NCBI RefSeq assembly: GCF_009914755.1
Contig: NC_060930.1
Direction: 5' to 3' (one strand)
Length of the DNA: 64,000 nucleotides
From: the human T2T-CHM13v2.0 reference genome, Homo sapiens
Shown: in pieces, positions 43,406 through 58,160 of the stretch
Layout of the letters: each line of letters starts with the position of its first letter
Position numbering within the stretch: the first letter of the stretch is position 1
Notes under the pieces: generated by a model
Databases searched by the model: none
Told to the model about the DNA's origin: nothing
Seen by the model: only the letters and a program-made list of their open reading frames with translations
Position numbers and translations under genes: made by a program

Positions 43406-43560
43406 GTTTTTTTTTTTTCTTTTAATTTTAAAAAATCTTTTGTAGAGATAGGGTCTTGCTGTGTTGCCTAGGCTGGTCTCGAACTCCTGGGTTCGAGTTG
43501 ACCCTCCCACCTTGGCCTCCCAAAGTGCTGACATTAAGGTTGTGAGCAACTGTGCCCGGT
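43406..43560 (-). mobile_element. FLAM/Alu monomer
   Basis: gtagagatagggtcttgctgtgttgcctaggctggtctcgaactcctggg. Confidence 0.82.
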
Positions 43561-44733
43561 GTGAAGCACAATTCTTCATAAATTTAAAGGGTCTGCTAGC
43601 ATGGGGAAATGTCATGGAAAGATGAAAGTATAGATGTTTTTTTGGGGGGTGGGGGCTGTAGCTTTCTTCTCTTTATGGAGAAAGATGTGGACAAAGAGGC
43701 TGGATCCATAGTCTCAAATTGTATGTTTCTGCGGTTAGTCCTTTTACCTACCAGTTGGAAAACCATTTGATTCACATCTTCAAAATGTCTATTGACAAGG
43801 AAGGTACATTTTATCTCTTTACAAGACAAGTGCTTTCCCTAAGATTCCCTTTTGCCCTTTTGGTAAGAATTTAGGCTGGTACTGCAGGTTTGTAGCTGCT
43901 CTGGGTGGTACCATTTCTCATATGCTAGGTCATATCCCCTAAAGTTGGAGGAGGAAGCCATGAGAAATCATATTCTTCCTTGTGTTGTTCCTACACGTTC
44001 TCTTTACAGCTGAGATGATGAGCTTGATCTTCAGCTGCTGTTGTGGACTCGTAGAATTTATTAGCACACATTGTGGGATAATAGGATCTTAATATCCAAT
44101 TACCTTATGGTAGGGCTTCAGCTGTAGAATATCCTCCTAGTTAAAATGAGGGAAGCAGTAGACTTCATACCTACTGACTGGACCTGTAGCCATAATAGTC
44201 TAGTTGCAAGGAACGCACATGGCCTGAAAAAGTAAATTGTGACATGGCCATGGGCCATAGTTTTCCCTTTGGTCATTCTTTTCATGTCGCCAGGTTTCTT
44301 TTAGGTCTGTCCTGAGAGTGTCTAAACTCAGCCTTTAGTGAATGCCTGAACTGTTTTGTCTTTGGTCACTTTTAGATAAAGGCGTGAGACGGGTCAAGTG
44401 GAGCCTGAGCATCCTTGCAAGGGACTGAGGCACAGTGTGAAAGAGAATTTGATGCATGGGTATAAATATGAGCTTTAGAAAGTAAAATTTTACTGCAGAG
44501 TCCTTTTGGCTGTTGGGAGTGTGCGTAACAGGCAGTACTGTAGGGGTTAAGATAAGGTTGAGAAACAGCTGTAGAATGTGGTTTTGGAAGAAAGAAAGGC
44601 AGACATTGCCTCTCATTTGTGCTCCTTGCATTGTTGTGAATATAGTGGTCTAAGATTATAGCCAATAAATGATTTCAGTTTTTTCTTCACTAAGTGAAAA
44701 GATGTTCACTTTGGGCCTTTGCTTCCCTTCCAG

Positions 44734-44856
44734 TGTCAACGAGTACTACCAAGAGAAGAAGACAAGAGGTCAACACAGACTCATTTTCTACTCCGTGTGA
44801 ATGATAGCTACAGCAGGGGAAAGTTTCATAGTCTATCAGTGGGTCAGAAAATGGAG
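44734..44856 (+). other. RREB1: Putative 5'UTR exon of RREB1 (123 nt) carrying two upstream ATGs
   Basis: Acceptor gcttcccttccag|T; donor GAG|GTAATC; purine-rich GAAGAAGAC enhancer-like motif; ATGs at 44801 and 44851. Confidence 0.75.
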
Positions 44857-45521
44857 GTAATCAGCAGTGTGGCGGGAGGGTTCTTCTTTCCCTCCTAGGG
44901 TACGTTACCTGCTTTATACATATTTTTTAAGAAACAGGCTTTGATATGTCAATTTGAAATTTGTTTGTAACTCTGATAGCGTTGGCTTCTTAAATCTCTT
45001 ATAAAATTCAGGCTCCCCATCAGAATCACTGTATTGCAGCAGTGGAGTTAAATGAAACCTGATGTTTCTCATCACTAGTTTTAGGTCTGGAACATTTGTG
45101 TAGTAGTGAATAAGCCTAGGTTCTTAGGAGGGTGCTGCAGGGCGGCAGCTTTCTGGGCTTTGTCATTGTTGGCTTGGCCTTTCCCACTCTGCCTAACCCA
45201 GATTAGGAAAGGTAGAGAAACCTGCCTCTCATGAGTTTGAGTCCTGTTGGTAGTGCACACTCAGAAAGGAGGCAAGGTTACTTCGTCCTTGGTATGCCAA
45301 GACTTGGTTTAAATGAAAGCTTCCATCACTCTGGGCGTGAATGTGGCCTTTAACTGGAGAAAGACAGCGTTGGATGTTTTTGACCTGAATTACAATTAGA
45401 GTAGCCATGGCCAGCGCCCCCTGGCAATGACAGAAGCCTAAACTTCCCCATGATCACATCAGCAATTTCCAATTTTCAGTTTTATAGCAGAGGCTTCTTA
45501 GAAGCTTAAACCCCTGTCCCA

Positions 45522-45692
45522 ATGACGTCAAGTTCGCCCGCTGGCTTGGAAGGTTCAGACCTATCTTCCATCAACACCATGATGTCGGCGGTCATGAGTG
45601 TAGGGAAGGTCACAGAGAATGGCGGGAGCCCCCAGGGGATCAAGTCCCCCTCGAAGCCTCCAGGACCAAATCGGATTGGCAGAAGGAACCAG
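45522..45692 (+). CDS. RREB1: RREB1 first coding segment (57 codons, [57 protein letters not shown]); exon begins at 45480 with 42 nt of 5'UTR
   Basis: Translation matches the RREB1 N-terminus as I recall it. Acceptor aattttcag|T at 45479/45480; consensus donor CAG|GTAAGT at 45692/45693; phase 0. Confidence 0.95.
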
Positions 45693-47677
45693 GTAAGTGT
45701 TCACACCTAGTGGTGACCTCTGGTGGGTTCAATCCATGAGAACATTGGGAGATGTTTCCGAGTTTCCTATGATAAAACCTTGGAAGAATTGGGAATAAAA
45801 CGGACATACCCAGAGGCCTTGATCATTTTTCAAGGGCAAAATTTTTATGGCTTATGTTAGTTTCCTTTCATGGAGAAGGTTTTCTTTGCTGTGGTGTCGA
45901 TGTTGGTGGAAGTGCCCTTATTTTTGGCCCCACCATTGGATTTTAACTCAAGCTTTCTTCACTTGATGGCCATGGCAGGGAACATCACTGATTTCTGTGA
46001 TGTGGTTTGTTTCCTCATTCACACAGCTGGCTATTTTTAAGTATCTTCAGATTAGGTAGCAAATAAGTATTGCCTGTGCTAGGGCTGCCGTTCAGCTTTC
46101 TATCCTTGAAAAAGCACAGAATTTGGCTTCAGATAATTCCAGTTAAGATGCTGTTTAGTCATCTTGGATTTTCATTGGGCATCAGATCAGAACAGGGTAA
46201 AGTAAATAGGTGGAATTGAGAAGGGTTAATGCTGTTACAAAAGTTGATGTCTTCTCTGTTGGGAAATAAATGAATCTTCAATGTAAGATGGGACATTTCC
46301 TTGAAAAGTTGTTGCTGTCTTGGCAACATACTGTTGAACAGAAAGAAGGAAGGTGGTGGAAGGAGGCAGAGAGTGAATACTTCTCATTTCAACTCTGGAT
46401 CCATGTAATACGAGTTGACTTCCTCGTGTTTAAAGTTTGGTTTAACTAATTTAATGAGACTATACTAAATCCTTGGAGAGAAGGTGGTCTTGCATTTGTC
46501 CAGGAACCAGCAATGGATGAGAAAGCAAACCTGCTGGGCTTTTGTAAACTAATTTTCTTTTTTTATAAATAATCCTACTGTGGCTGTCCTTATACAGAAT
46601 TCTCTGAGTATTAATATGATGGTTTTCTATAAATTCTTAGAAGTAGAGCCTTAATTAAGGCTTTCGATACAACTTGCCCTACAAGAAAAGTTGTACCAGC
46701 CCCAAACCCTGCCAGCAGTATGGGGGAGGATGCATTTCTCCACACCTTGCTGAAGGATGGGGACTTGGCAGAGTTCAGTGATGTTTTAGGGTTGGAACAT
46801 TGATTCCTTTCTCTCTCTCTTTTTTCCCTTTTCTCCTTGTGCCTCTCTTCCTGTGGGTGCCTGAGAAAATACTCAGCCTGTATGACTGTGGCCTGAGTCG
46901 AGAAGGAGTGCTAGCTCTGAGAAGAAAAGGTTTATTTCCACTCTCATGTGACTATCCATCTATCCATCTCTCCATCCATCAGCCCATTGGACAATATGTA
47001 CCCAGTTCCTATATCCAGCTAGCTACTGTACCAGGTGCCAGGCATTTCGGGAAGAATAAGACAGACAAGGTTGTCGTCCTCATCCTTCTGCTCTACCAGG
47101 AACAAGTGAAGTGATAGGAAGAGCTTTTCCTCAAATAGCTCTGAGTTGTCCCAAGTCCAGCCTCCAGATCAGAGACCGTGGTTAGGGCCCTGGAGGATGC
47201 CCACAGCACCTCCCATGTTTGCATGCTAACTGGAGGCTGCCTCTTCAGGTGTGAGGAGGCAACTGTGCAGGTGGGGCAGGGCTGCCTTTCATCCCCCTCC
47301 TTTCTTCTCCAGGGATCTGGTATGCTGAGTTTGCTTTTGAAATGGAGGTCCTGGCCAGAGGTAGCCTGGTAAATACAGTTCTTAATCTAAAAAAACAAAA
47401 CTCAGTGGGGAGAGAGTATGGGGAAGAAGGAAGCATTCTCCTTACCTGTGGACTAGACAGGGAGTGCTGAGAGACGGAGCCTGGGGAAAGTCCCATTGGT
47501 GTGAGCTTAGAGTTCCAGGAGAGATTAGCCACAGCCGGATGCTGACAAGGGTGCCAGATTGTTTCATTATGGAATGGTTAGTTATCACATTAGCTGCTAA
47601 TTTTATCTTTCAGCTCAGGAGGTGTGCTCCTTCCACCAGCATGGCTGCAATAACTGGATTCAGAATTCTCCATTAGG

Positions 47678-47810
47678 GTGCTGGGCGTGGTGGCATGTCT
47701 CTAATCCCTGCTACTTGGGAGGCAGAGGTGGGAGGATTGCTTGAGCCCAGGGGTTCAAGGCCAGCCCGGGCAATATTATGAGACCTCCATGTCCTATAAA
47801 AAACAAAAAC
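47678..47810 (+). mobile_element. FLAM
   Basis: gctgggcgtggtggcatg...gggaggattgcttgagcccagg plus A-rich tail. Confidence 0.8.
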
Positions 47811-48016
47811 AGAATTCTCCAGGAGGGCCTCTCTTCCAGTATCACAGTGCTGTCTTTTCTAGTAGGTTCATTTTATTATTATTATTTTTTTTATTATTAT
47901 TATGTTTTAAAATAGAGACAGGGTCTCTATTTCTCAACCAGAGCATGGTTGATTCCTAGTTTCATAAACTATACAGCTAATGTGTGTAAACTGTCTTAAT
48001 TGCTGTGATATCTGGC

Positions 48017-48165
<149 letters not shown>

Positions 48166-48866
48166 ACATGGTTCATTTTAAAAGATTACATCTGGGTCTG
48201 TAGACCTCCTCCCATATAACTTGGATTTTGTGGACCTGTATGATGGCCTGCAGCACAGCACTGCCAGCCTCAGAGAAGGCTGGGGTGTCAGTTCATGAGT
48301 CACCCCAGAGTCAACACAAGTCAGCCCCACCAGCCGCACAGTGTGCCTGCTGTCTATTGCAAGGTGAATGCAAGATGATTTTTTAAACAAATTTGTCTCC
48401 CTGTGGCTGGTCACTTGGAGGCCTTTTTTTTTTTTTAAAACATGTATTTACATCCTATTGATGTATCACCATCCTGTTGGTAACTTTAAAAATTTTGTGT
48501 ATGTAAAATTGCCTATCTACTAATTTGACAACAATACCCCGGAGGTGGAACTCATCCCCAACTTTTGGCCTGGCTGTGAGACATCCCTCCTTGTTATGTC
48601 TTACTTTGTTGCTGTTGCTTTTGTTTCTCCCCACACCCGTGCCCCCATGGGGGTCCTTGGCCAGCTCTACTCCGACTGCAGTTGTAGAACTGGGCAGAGA
48701 AGGTATGACACCCCCTCCCCCATTATACCTCAGAAAGAACTAGAAGTATGATAAATGAGTACGACTGGGAATTTGTTTTTTCCACTATCTCTAGGATGTT
48801 CATGTTTTGTAGAATCCATATCCTTAATTCTTTTTGTGTGAAAATGTAGAGCATACCTAGTTCTCA

Positions 48867-49261
<395 letters not shown>

Positions 49262-49424
49262 CTAGACATCATCATGCCTTCATTCCACCCGTCTGGTTTA
49301 TGGCGCCATTTGCTTTTATAGTCTTCAGGGTGACTTTTATTTTCATCATCTCCCATAAGCAACCACAAGAGTGTTTCCTTTCCGTGCCTTGGGGTTAATC
49401 CTTTTGGTCAGACTTTATATAGAG

Positions 49425-49650
49425 CATAGTGGCTTAGGGCATGGGCTGTGGAGCAGCTGGCCTGGGTTTTAATGCTGTGCCTACCACTTAATAGTTCTCT
49501 GACTTGGGGCAGGTTACTTGCCTCTGTGTACCCCAGTTTCCGCATCCAGAAAATGGGATCCATAATAATGCTTGTCTATTAGTGGTTGTGAAAAAACCCT
49601 GATGGTTCTGTATAGAGTTTAGCACATGGTAAGTGTGCAGTAATTGGTGT
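49425..49650 (+). mobile_element. MIR
   Basis: gacttggggcaggttacttgcctctgtgtaccccagtttccgcatccagaaaatggga core. Confidence 0.7.
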
Positions 49651-50754
49651 TATTTGCAAGGAGCAGAAACTCATTCAAATGAATGCAAGTAAAAAGAGGT
49701 CTATTGAAAGATGCCCGAGGATAGGAAATGACCCAGAGCCTAGACAGAGCATCCAGCCCTAGGGACGGTGCCCTCCATCCCGTTGGGTTAACACTGACAT
49801 CTTCCACACTGCTTTCTCCTGGCTTGGGCTTGCCGAGGTGCAAGCCTCCTTGGGTTCAGCCCTACCTCTCCATGAACTTTCAATTCAAGTGCTCATAATC
49901 ACCCAACTTAGTAACTTAGCCATCCTCAAACCTGGGCACATATCACCATCATCTGGGGAGCTTGTGAGACAAACAGATTTCTGGGGTTCTACTCCCCCAA
50001 CCCCAGTCCCCCAGTGACTCCGATGTGGCACGTCCAGAATCTGGTTAAATGCATAGAAACCAACCCCCCAGGTGATTCTGCTGATCTTCAGAAATCTCTG
50101 AGCATCCCAACTCCAAATTACTGGGAGAGGTATCCAAGCCTAGGTCCAGTTAGTTTTGGGTATTGAGACAGGAACCCGTGGTCTTAGGGACTGTGGGGGT
50201 GAGGAGTCAATGATGCACACAGCCTAGAACTCTGCATGAATTATTTGGAAAGAGGATCTGTAGCATAGGGTTAGTGAACGACATTGGCTTTTTCTGAAAA
50301 AGACAAAACATACTGCTTGACCTGTGCATTCTGAGGGAACATAAAAGGAGCCCCCTCACCAAGTAGTGAGCTGGTTCTTTTGTCACCTTCTGTGGAAGTC
50401 TTCAGTTTGGGTTGGCATTCCTATCAAAGTTGTCGTGATAAGGACAGCAATTTTCTCAGTGTGATGTTTTTGTTGAGTATTTATGAGCAGTGTTAAGCAG
50501 ATGCTAGCAGTGGGCAGGGGCATGCCCACTGGGTGCACAGCTAGGCACTGAGGGCTTCCCTCTTTGTAGGGTGGGCTCTTCTGATGAGAACCTTGTTATC
50601 TCTCAGGTGTTCTTGGAGACCCTGAAACCTGTTGCAAAATAGCCCAGGCTGGACTTGGGGAGAAATGTATTCCTTTCTAGCTCTTCCGTGAGTCAATGCT
50701 TAATTTTTCACCATCACAGATTATTAAGTGGTGTCTGTGTAATTAGAATGCTAG

Positions 50755-50950
50755 TATTGATTGAGTACTGACTATGATCCCAGCACTGTTCTAGTGCTTG
50801 GCATGTGGTAATTTAACCTGCATCACAGCATGGTATGGTAGGTGGTACTGTTTTTCCCATCTTTCAAATGAGGAAACTGAGGCAGACAGGGCCGTGACTT
50901 GCACAAGCTTATACCTGGGCAGGTTCTGGAGCCCATGCTCTCAGCTACAT
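50755..50950 (-). mobile_element. MIR
   Basis: tattgattgagtactgactatg...cccatctttcaaatgaggaaactgaggcaga. Confidence 0.7.
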
Positions 50951-51043
50951 AGACACAAGTGCTTATTACACTTATTACAGAAAGAAAAGGCACTTGTTGA
51001 CTGTGAGTTGAAATTTATCTTCCCTTTTAATCTTTCTTTTTAG

Positions 51044-51133
51044 GAAACGAAAGAGGAGAAGTCTTCCTATAACTGCCCCCTGTGTGAGAAGATTTGCACT
51101 ACCCAGCACCAGCTGACCATGCACATTCGCCAG
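51044..51133 (+). CDS. RREB1: RREB1 coding exon, 30 codons [30 protein letters not shown] (most of C2H2 finger 1)
   Basis: Polypyrimidine tract + TAG acceptor at 51043; donor CAG|GTAGAT; 90 nt, phase 0-0; C-x2-C-x12-H pattern, with the last His supplied by the next exon. Confidence 0.95.
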
Positions 51134-51150
51134 GTAGATTCCCACTGTTC

Positions 51151-51210
51151 TTTTATTTTATTTTATTTTATTTTATTTTATTTTATTTTATTTTATTTTA
51201 TTTTATTTTA
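51151..51210. repeat. (TTTTA)12 pentanucleotide repeat; decayed poly(A) tail of the Y1 retrocopy
   Basis: Twelve perfect TTTTA units abutting the Y1 3' end. Confidence 0.9.
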
Positions 51211-51309
51211 GTCAAGTGCAGTAATGAGAAGAGGGGGAAGAGTAGAACAAGGAGTTAAACACTCACTGTGAGCAATCAGTTGAGATAACTCAGTACCTTC
51301 GGACCAGCC
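51210..51309 (-). pseudogene. Y1 RNA (RNY1) retropseudogene
   Basis: Reverse complement reads GGCTGGTCCGAAGGTACTGAGTTATCTCAACTGATTGCTCACAGT...AACTCCTTGTTCTACTCTTCCCCCTCTTCTCATTACTGCACTTGACT. This matches hY1 end to end with several substitutions and a short internal deletion, and is followed by an A-rich tail. Confidence 0.92.
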
Positions 51310-51493
51310 TATTTTTGATCTAAATTATTCTTCCTTAAGCACAGGGCAGGGTAATTGGATTTTAATGGATGAGCTGTAGCTGTGCCTAATTTAAATTTAG
51401 TTTTTTAAATAATTTTGGGAGGTGGTTATGAAATGACTTTTGTATATGCATATTCCTGTGACAAAGTCTTAGGTCAACACAGAATTCCTTTTT

Positions 51494-51826
51494 GGCTGGG
51501 TGCAGTGGCTCATGCCTGTAACCACAACACTTTGGGAGGCCAAGATAGGCGGATCACTTGAGATCAGGATTTGGAGACCAGCCTGGCCAACATGGTCCAG
51601 ACCAGCCTGGCCAACCCATCTCTACCAAAAATGCAAAAATTAGCCAGGCATGGTGGCATGCACCTGTAATCCCAGTTACTTGGGAGGCTGAGACAGGAGA
51701 ATCACTTGAACCCGGGAGCAGAGGTTGCAGTGACCCAAGATTGCGCCACTGCACTGCAGCCTGGGTGACAGACCGGGACTCTGTCTCAAAATAAATAAAT
51801 CTCAAAATAAATAAATAAAATAAAAT
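51494..51826 (+). mobile_element. AluS with an internal duplication of GACCAGCCTGGCCAAC
   Basis: Full Alu with an (AAAT)n tail. Confidence 0.9.
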
Positions 51827-51841
51827 AGAATCGCTCCCCCC

Positions 51842-51843
51842 CA

Positions 51844-51885
<42 letters not shown>

Positions 51886-51894
51886 CACGTGTGT

Positions 51895-51895
<1 letters not shown>
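51842..51895. repeat. (GT)n(GC)n alternating purine-pyrimidine tract
   Basis: cacac(gt)n gcgcgcgcacgtgtgtg. Confidence 0.92.
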
Positions 51896-52078
<183 letters not shown>

Positions 52079-52782
52079 GTTTATATTAGTATAAACGTAC
52101 ATAACACAGAAGGAAATCTACTCAGCTTGGGGTCTTTTTTTGCTTTTCTCCTTTATTATGAGATTTACCCTTCTTCTCCTGCTGTGGCCAATTCATGACA
52201 AAATATTGATGAGTGTAGAACAGTGAAGGATTGATGACCTAGTAAAATCATGACATAGTACTGAATTAACATCAAGTTACTAAAGTAACTCGGGTTTGAA
52301 TAGAAATGTTCCTTTTTACCGTCTTTCAGAGGCCAAAACTCTACCCTGTGCAGGTTTCAGTTCTCTTTCTCTGACGGCAGGCCTGAGTCATCAAATCTGA
52401 AGAAGGGACGTTGACTCCTTTAATGGAAGGACATATTTCCTTCACTGTTGAGTGTCCTTCGGCTTGTAGGAGTTAATATATGTGGTCACTGAATCTGTAT
52501 GTGGTTCAAAGCAAGACCTGGGAAGGCTCTACTTCTTTCTGAGCCTTTCAGTAGAAGTAGTTTTCAAAACAATGTGGGAATGGAGGAATATCATACAAAA
52601 TATTTATTTGCCTGTTTTCCTGATACATTTTACCCCTTCAGAAAGATATTTAAAATGAAAGAGAAACACATAGCCAAGAAAGTTGATTGGTTTTTTTAAT
52701 AAAGCTCTGGATCTGCATTTCCTAAGAGCTGAGCTTCTGATGCACTTTCTTAAGTGACCGCTGTGACCATTGCTTTCTGCAG

Positions 52783-52946
52783 CACAACACAGACACTGGA
52801 GGAGCCGACCACTCATGCAGCATCTGCGGAAAGTCACTGAGCTCGGCCAGCTCCCTCGATCGCCACATGCTGGTGCACTCTGGCGAGAGGCCTTACAAGT
52901 GCACTGTGTGTGGCCAGTCATTTACCACCAATGGGAACATGCACAG
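52783..52946 (+). CDS. RREB1: RREB1 coding exon [54 protein letters not shown](R): finger 2, SGERP linker, first part of finger 3
   Basis: Acceptor ttgctttctgcag|C; donor CAG|GTGGGT; 164 nt, phase 0-2; canonical C2H2 motifs and Kruppel-type linker. CDS continues past the window. Confidence 0.95.
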
Positions 52947-53769
52947 GTGGGTGAGGGCGCCCTTTGCTTGGGGGGTTGGCTGGTACTTGGAGGTTGGCAG
53001 GCAGGACAGTGGCCTCTGAGCCTTCAGAAGACTTGCCTAAAGGTACAGAGAGTTCTGGAGCTCTGTCCATTGTATGGAAAAACCAGAGATGCACACTATC
53101 TCTGGGGTATTAGAGGTGAAGTGCCTTGGCAAGGTCTGTGGCCCTTCAGAGTTCCTCAGGATGAAACACAGAGTCATTTCCCCTCTGCCAATTGGAGTTG
53201 GTTGTTTGTTTGGGTGCTAGAAGTGGGCAGATTATCACATGTAAGAGAGGAACTCTCCATGAGTAGCATCCACGTAACCCTGCCATTTAAAAAATATTTG
53301 CATATGCCTACCAGATTCCTGACAGACCTTTTCATTGCAAATAAAAACAAAAAGTCTGGGACCTTTTAATAAATAGTTAAGTGGACTGGTCCTGGAGCTT
53401 CAGGATAAGATAGGATAAAATTAAGAAAAAGAAAATCTGATAAACATCAGGACATTAATTCCTGAGAGAGAAAGATGCTCACTCAAGTGGGAGACAGTAG
53501 AGTGGTAGACATATTAAAATTGTTTGGGGTGAACCTATGGAAAATAGAGTTTATAGGCTGATCATACATGTTTTGAGGGGTTTACTTTTCCATATTCCTG
53601 TCCAGTCCTTATTCTGCTTTCTTTTAAAAAAGTTGAGTCACATTTGTTACATGTTTATTTCAAAAGAAAACTTTATATAACTACTATAAAATTGATATGC
53701 TAGTTATATTTGGTTATATAAACACTAAAATGAGTTGGACCAGTTTATTACACGTACACATGGGACATA

Positions 53770-54060
53770 CTGATACAGCGGTTAAGTTTCTTGATTTGGG
53801 AACTAGGCACCTGAATTCAAGTCTCAACTGCTACTTGTAAATTTTCTATCCTCAAGCAAGTTACTTAACCTCTTTGTACTCCAGTTTCTCATCTTTAAAA
53901 TGAGATTTTTTTTGTTTTATTATTTTCTTTCATGCTATTTTGACCCCCCAAAACGAGATTTTTAATCGTACCTACATCACTGGATAAGGCTGAGGATTCG
54001 GTGCTAATTAGTTTAGCACACAGTTCCTGGCACAAACTAAGCACTCAGTGTTTATTATTA
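53770..54060 (+). mobile_element. MIR
   Basis: caagcaagttacttaacctctttgtactccagtttctcatctttaaaatgag...cctggcaca. Confidence 0.7.
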
Positions 54061-54844
54061 TTTGCGTTTCTAAGTAATGCTGCAGTAATTTAAAGCCAGT
54101 GTATATCTCAGTCTAAACTCTTAGAAGTGAGGTATAGTATGACTTCATGAAAAGTGAATATTTTAAGAATTTACAAAGTGTTTTGCTTTTTATTTTCTCA
54201 TAAATTTCAGTCCTGATGGGTTATTCTCTTTGCCCCTCATCTCTTCCTGGGACTGTTTTTGGGTACAAAGGAATTGAATAGTGTTACTATTTTACAATAC
54301 AATATTTTGCATTTTAGCTTTTTATTTTTTTACCACCATGTTGGCCTGTTGGTATCCTTTATTTTTGCCTTCTGTTTAGGTCTGCTCGTTCTACACCCCA
54401 CACCCCCAAAAAGTCCTTTGTCCTTTACATATTTGCCCTTCTCAGAATCTGGTCCTAGAGGTATTGCCTGTTCCCCTCTTGGGGGTTCCATCACTTTTTC
54501 CTGCTGAGCCTCTGCTCAGTGGAACTCCCCATGGGCCAGCTCCAAGTTGGCAGGGGCAAGTGGGCACATTGGTAAAGAGGCCCCTCCTAGTGGCGTTTTG
54601 GCCCTAACCACTGACCACTGTGATCCTCCATGAGACATCTCTTGATGGTAGGCCCAATCACTCCTGATTCAGACATTTTCTATTTTGAGACATGATTGAA
54701 ATAAACACAGCTATAAAAGGCGTAGTTATTGTCTTCTACAATAACCTGTGTGGCAGTGTGTTTTTACAAATAATCATTGCTGAAACTGTGGTGCTCTGGG
54801 TGTCATATCTGTATTACGTGAACACATGTCTGTATTCACTTTTC

Positions 54845-57020
<2,176 letters not shown>

Positions 57021-57158
57021 TATTTTTATGTACTCTGCCTTGTAAGGATTGTATAATTATTATCCCATTTTGCAAATGAGGAAAGGACTAAAGTAATAGA
57101 CAGTGCTAAGATTTGAATAAAGGATATCTGGCTTCAGAGGCCATGCTTTTAACTACCA

Positions 57159-57529
57159 CAGATTGAGTACCCCATATCCAAAATGCTTGGGACCAGAAGT
57201 GTTTGGGATTTTGATTTGTTGTTTTTTTGTTTTGTTTTGTTTTTTTGGAATATTTGCACATACATAATGAGGTATCTTGAGGATGGGACACAGATGCAGG
57301 TCTACACACAAAATTTATATATGTTTCATATACACCTTATACACATAGCCTGAACATAATTGTATGCAATATTTTTGATAACTTTGTGCATGAAACAAAA
57401 TTTTGACTGGGACCCATCACATGAAGTAAGGTGTGGAATTTTCACTTGTGGCATCATGTCAGCACTCAAAAAGTTTTGAATATTGAAACATTTCAGATTT
57501 CAGATTTTCTGATTGGGACGCACAGACTG
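57159..57529. mobile_element. Tigger4/MER46-type DNA transposon (TcMar-Tigger)
   Basis: Begins cagattgagtaccccatatccaaaatgcttgggaccagaagtgttt and ends gggacgcacagactg(ta): degenerate terminal inverted repeats. Confidence 0.75.
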
Positions 57530-57890
57530 TATGTGAGAAATAATTGATGTAGCTTTTGTGTCACTTTGCATGTTAGAAAAAAAGCACTCTTTCACTCTTT
57601 TCCTCATTCTCAACACAATTCTGTGCTGTTATAGAACGTTATTTTCAATGTTAAACTATTTCTGTCATCCCAGTAGCATATTCTATGTATAGTGAGCATG
57701 GGATAGTTTTGGGGGCAGCCATTTTGACTGAATTTTATTACTCTGTGTTGTTTGGGTTTACTTGGATAGTCTTAGAAATTATTTTGAATTTTTTATAGCA
57801 CAGCCCTTGGTACTATTCTAAGATACATTTCTCATTTATGGTCATTGTATTTTGGAGTTGTTTATAAATATTTTTTTAAAAGCAGGCATT

Positions 57891-58160
57891 GGCCGGGTAC
57901 AGTGGATCACACCTGTAATCTCAGCACTTTGGGAGGTTGAGGCAGGCCCATCACTTGAGGCCAGGAGTTTGAGACCAGCCTGGCCAATATAACAATATCA
58001 TGTCTCTACTAAAAATACAAAAAATTAGCCGGGTGTGGTGATGTGTGCCTGTAGTCCCAGCTCCTCAGGAGGCTGAGGCACAAGAATCGCTTGAACCCAG
58101 GAGGTGGAAGTTGCAGTGAGCCGAGATCTTGCCACTGCACTCCAGCGTGGGGAACAGAAG
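57891..58160 (+). mobile_element. AluS
   Basis: Near full length; TSD AAAAGCAGGC. Confidence 0.9.

Noticed and set aside
45693-45710. VSVHT-stop end of the 62-aa ORF
   Set aside because: Read-through past a consensus GTAAGT donor into the intron; not a separate gene.
52770-53369. 199-aa ORF overlapping the zinc-finger exon
   Set aside because: TTG start inside the polypyrimidine tract; off-frame shadow of the real exon running into the intron.
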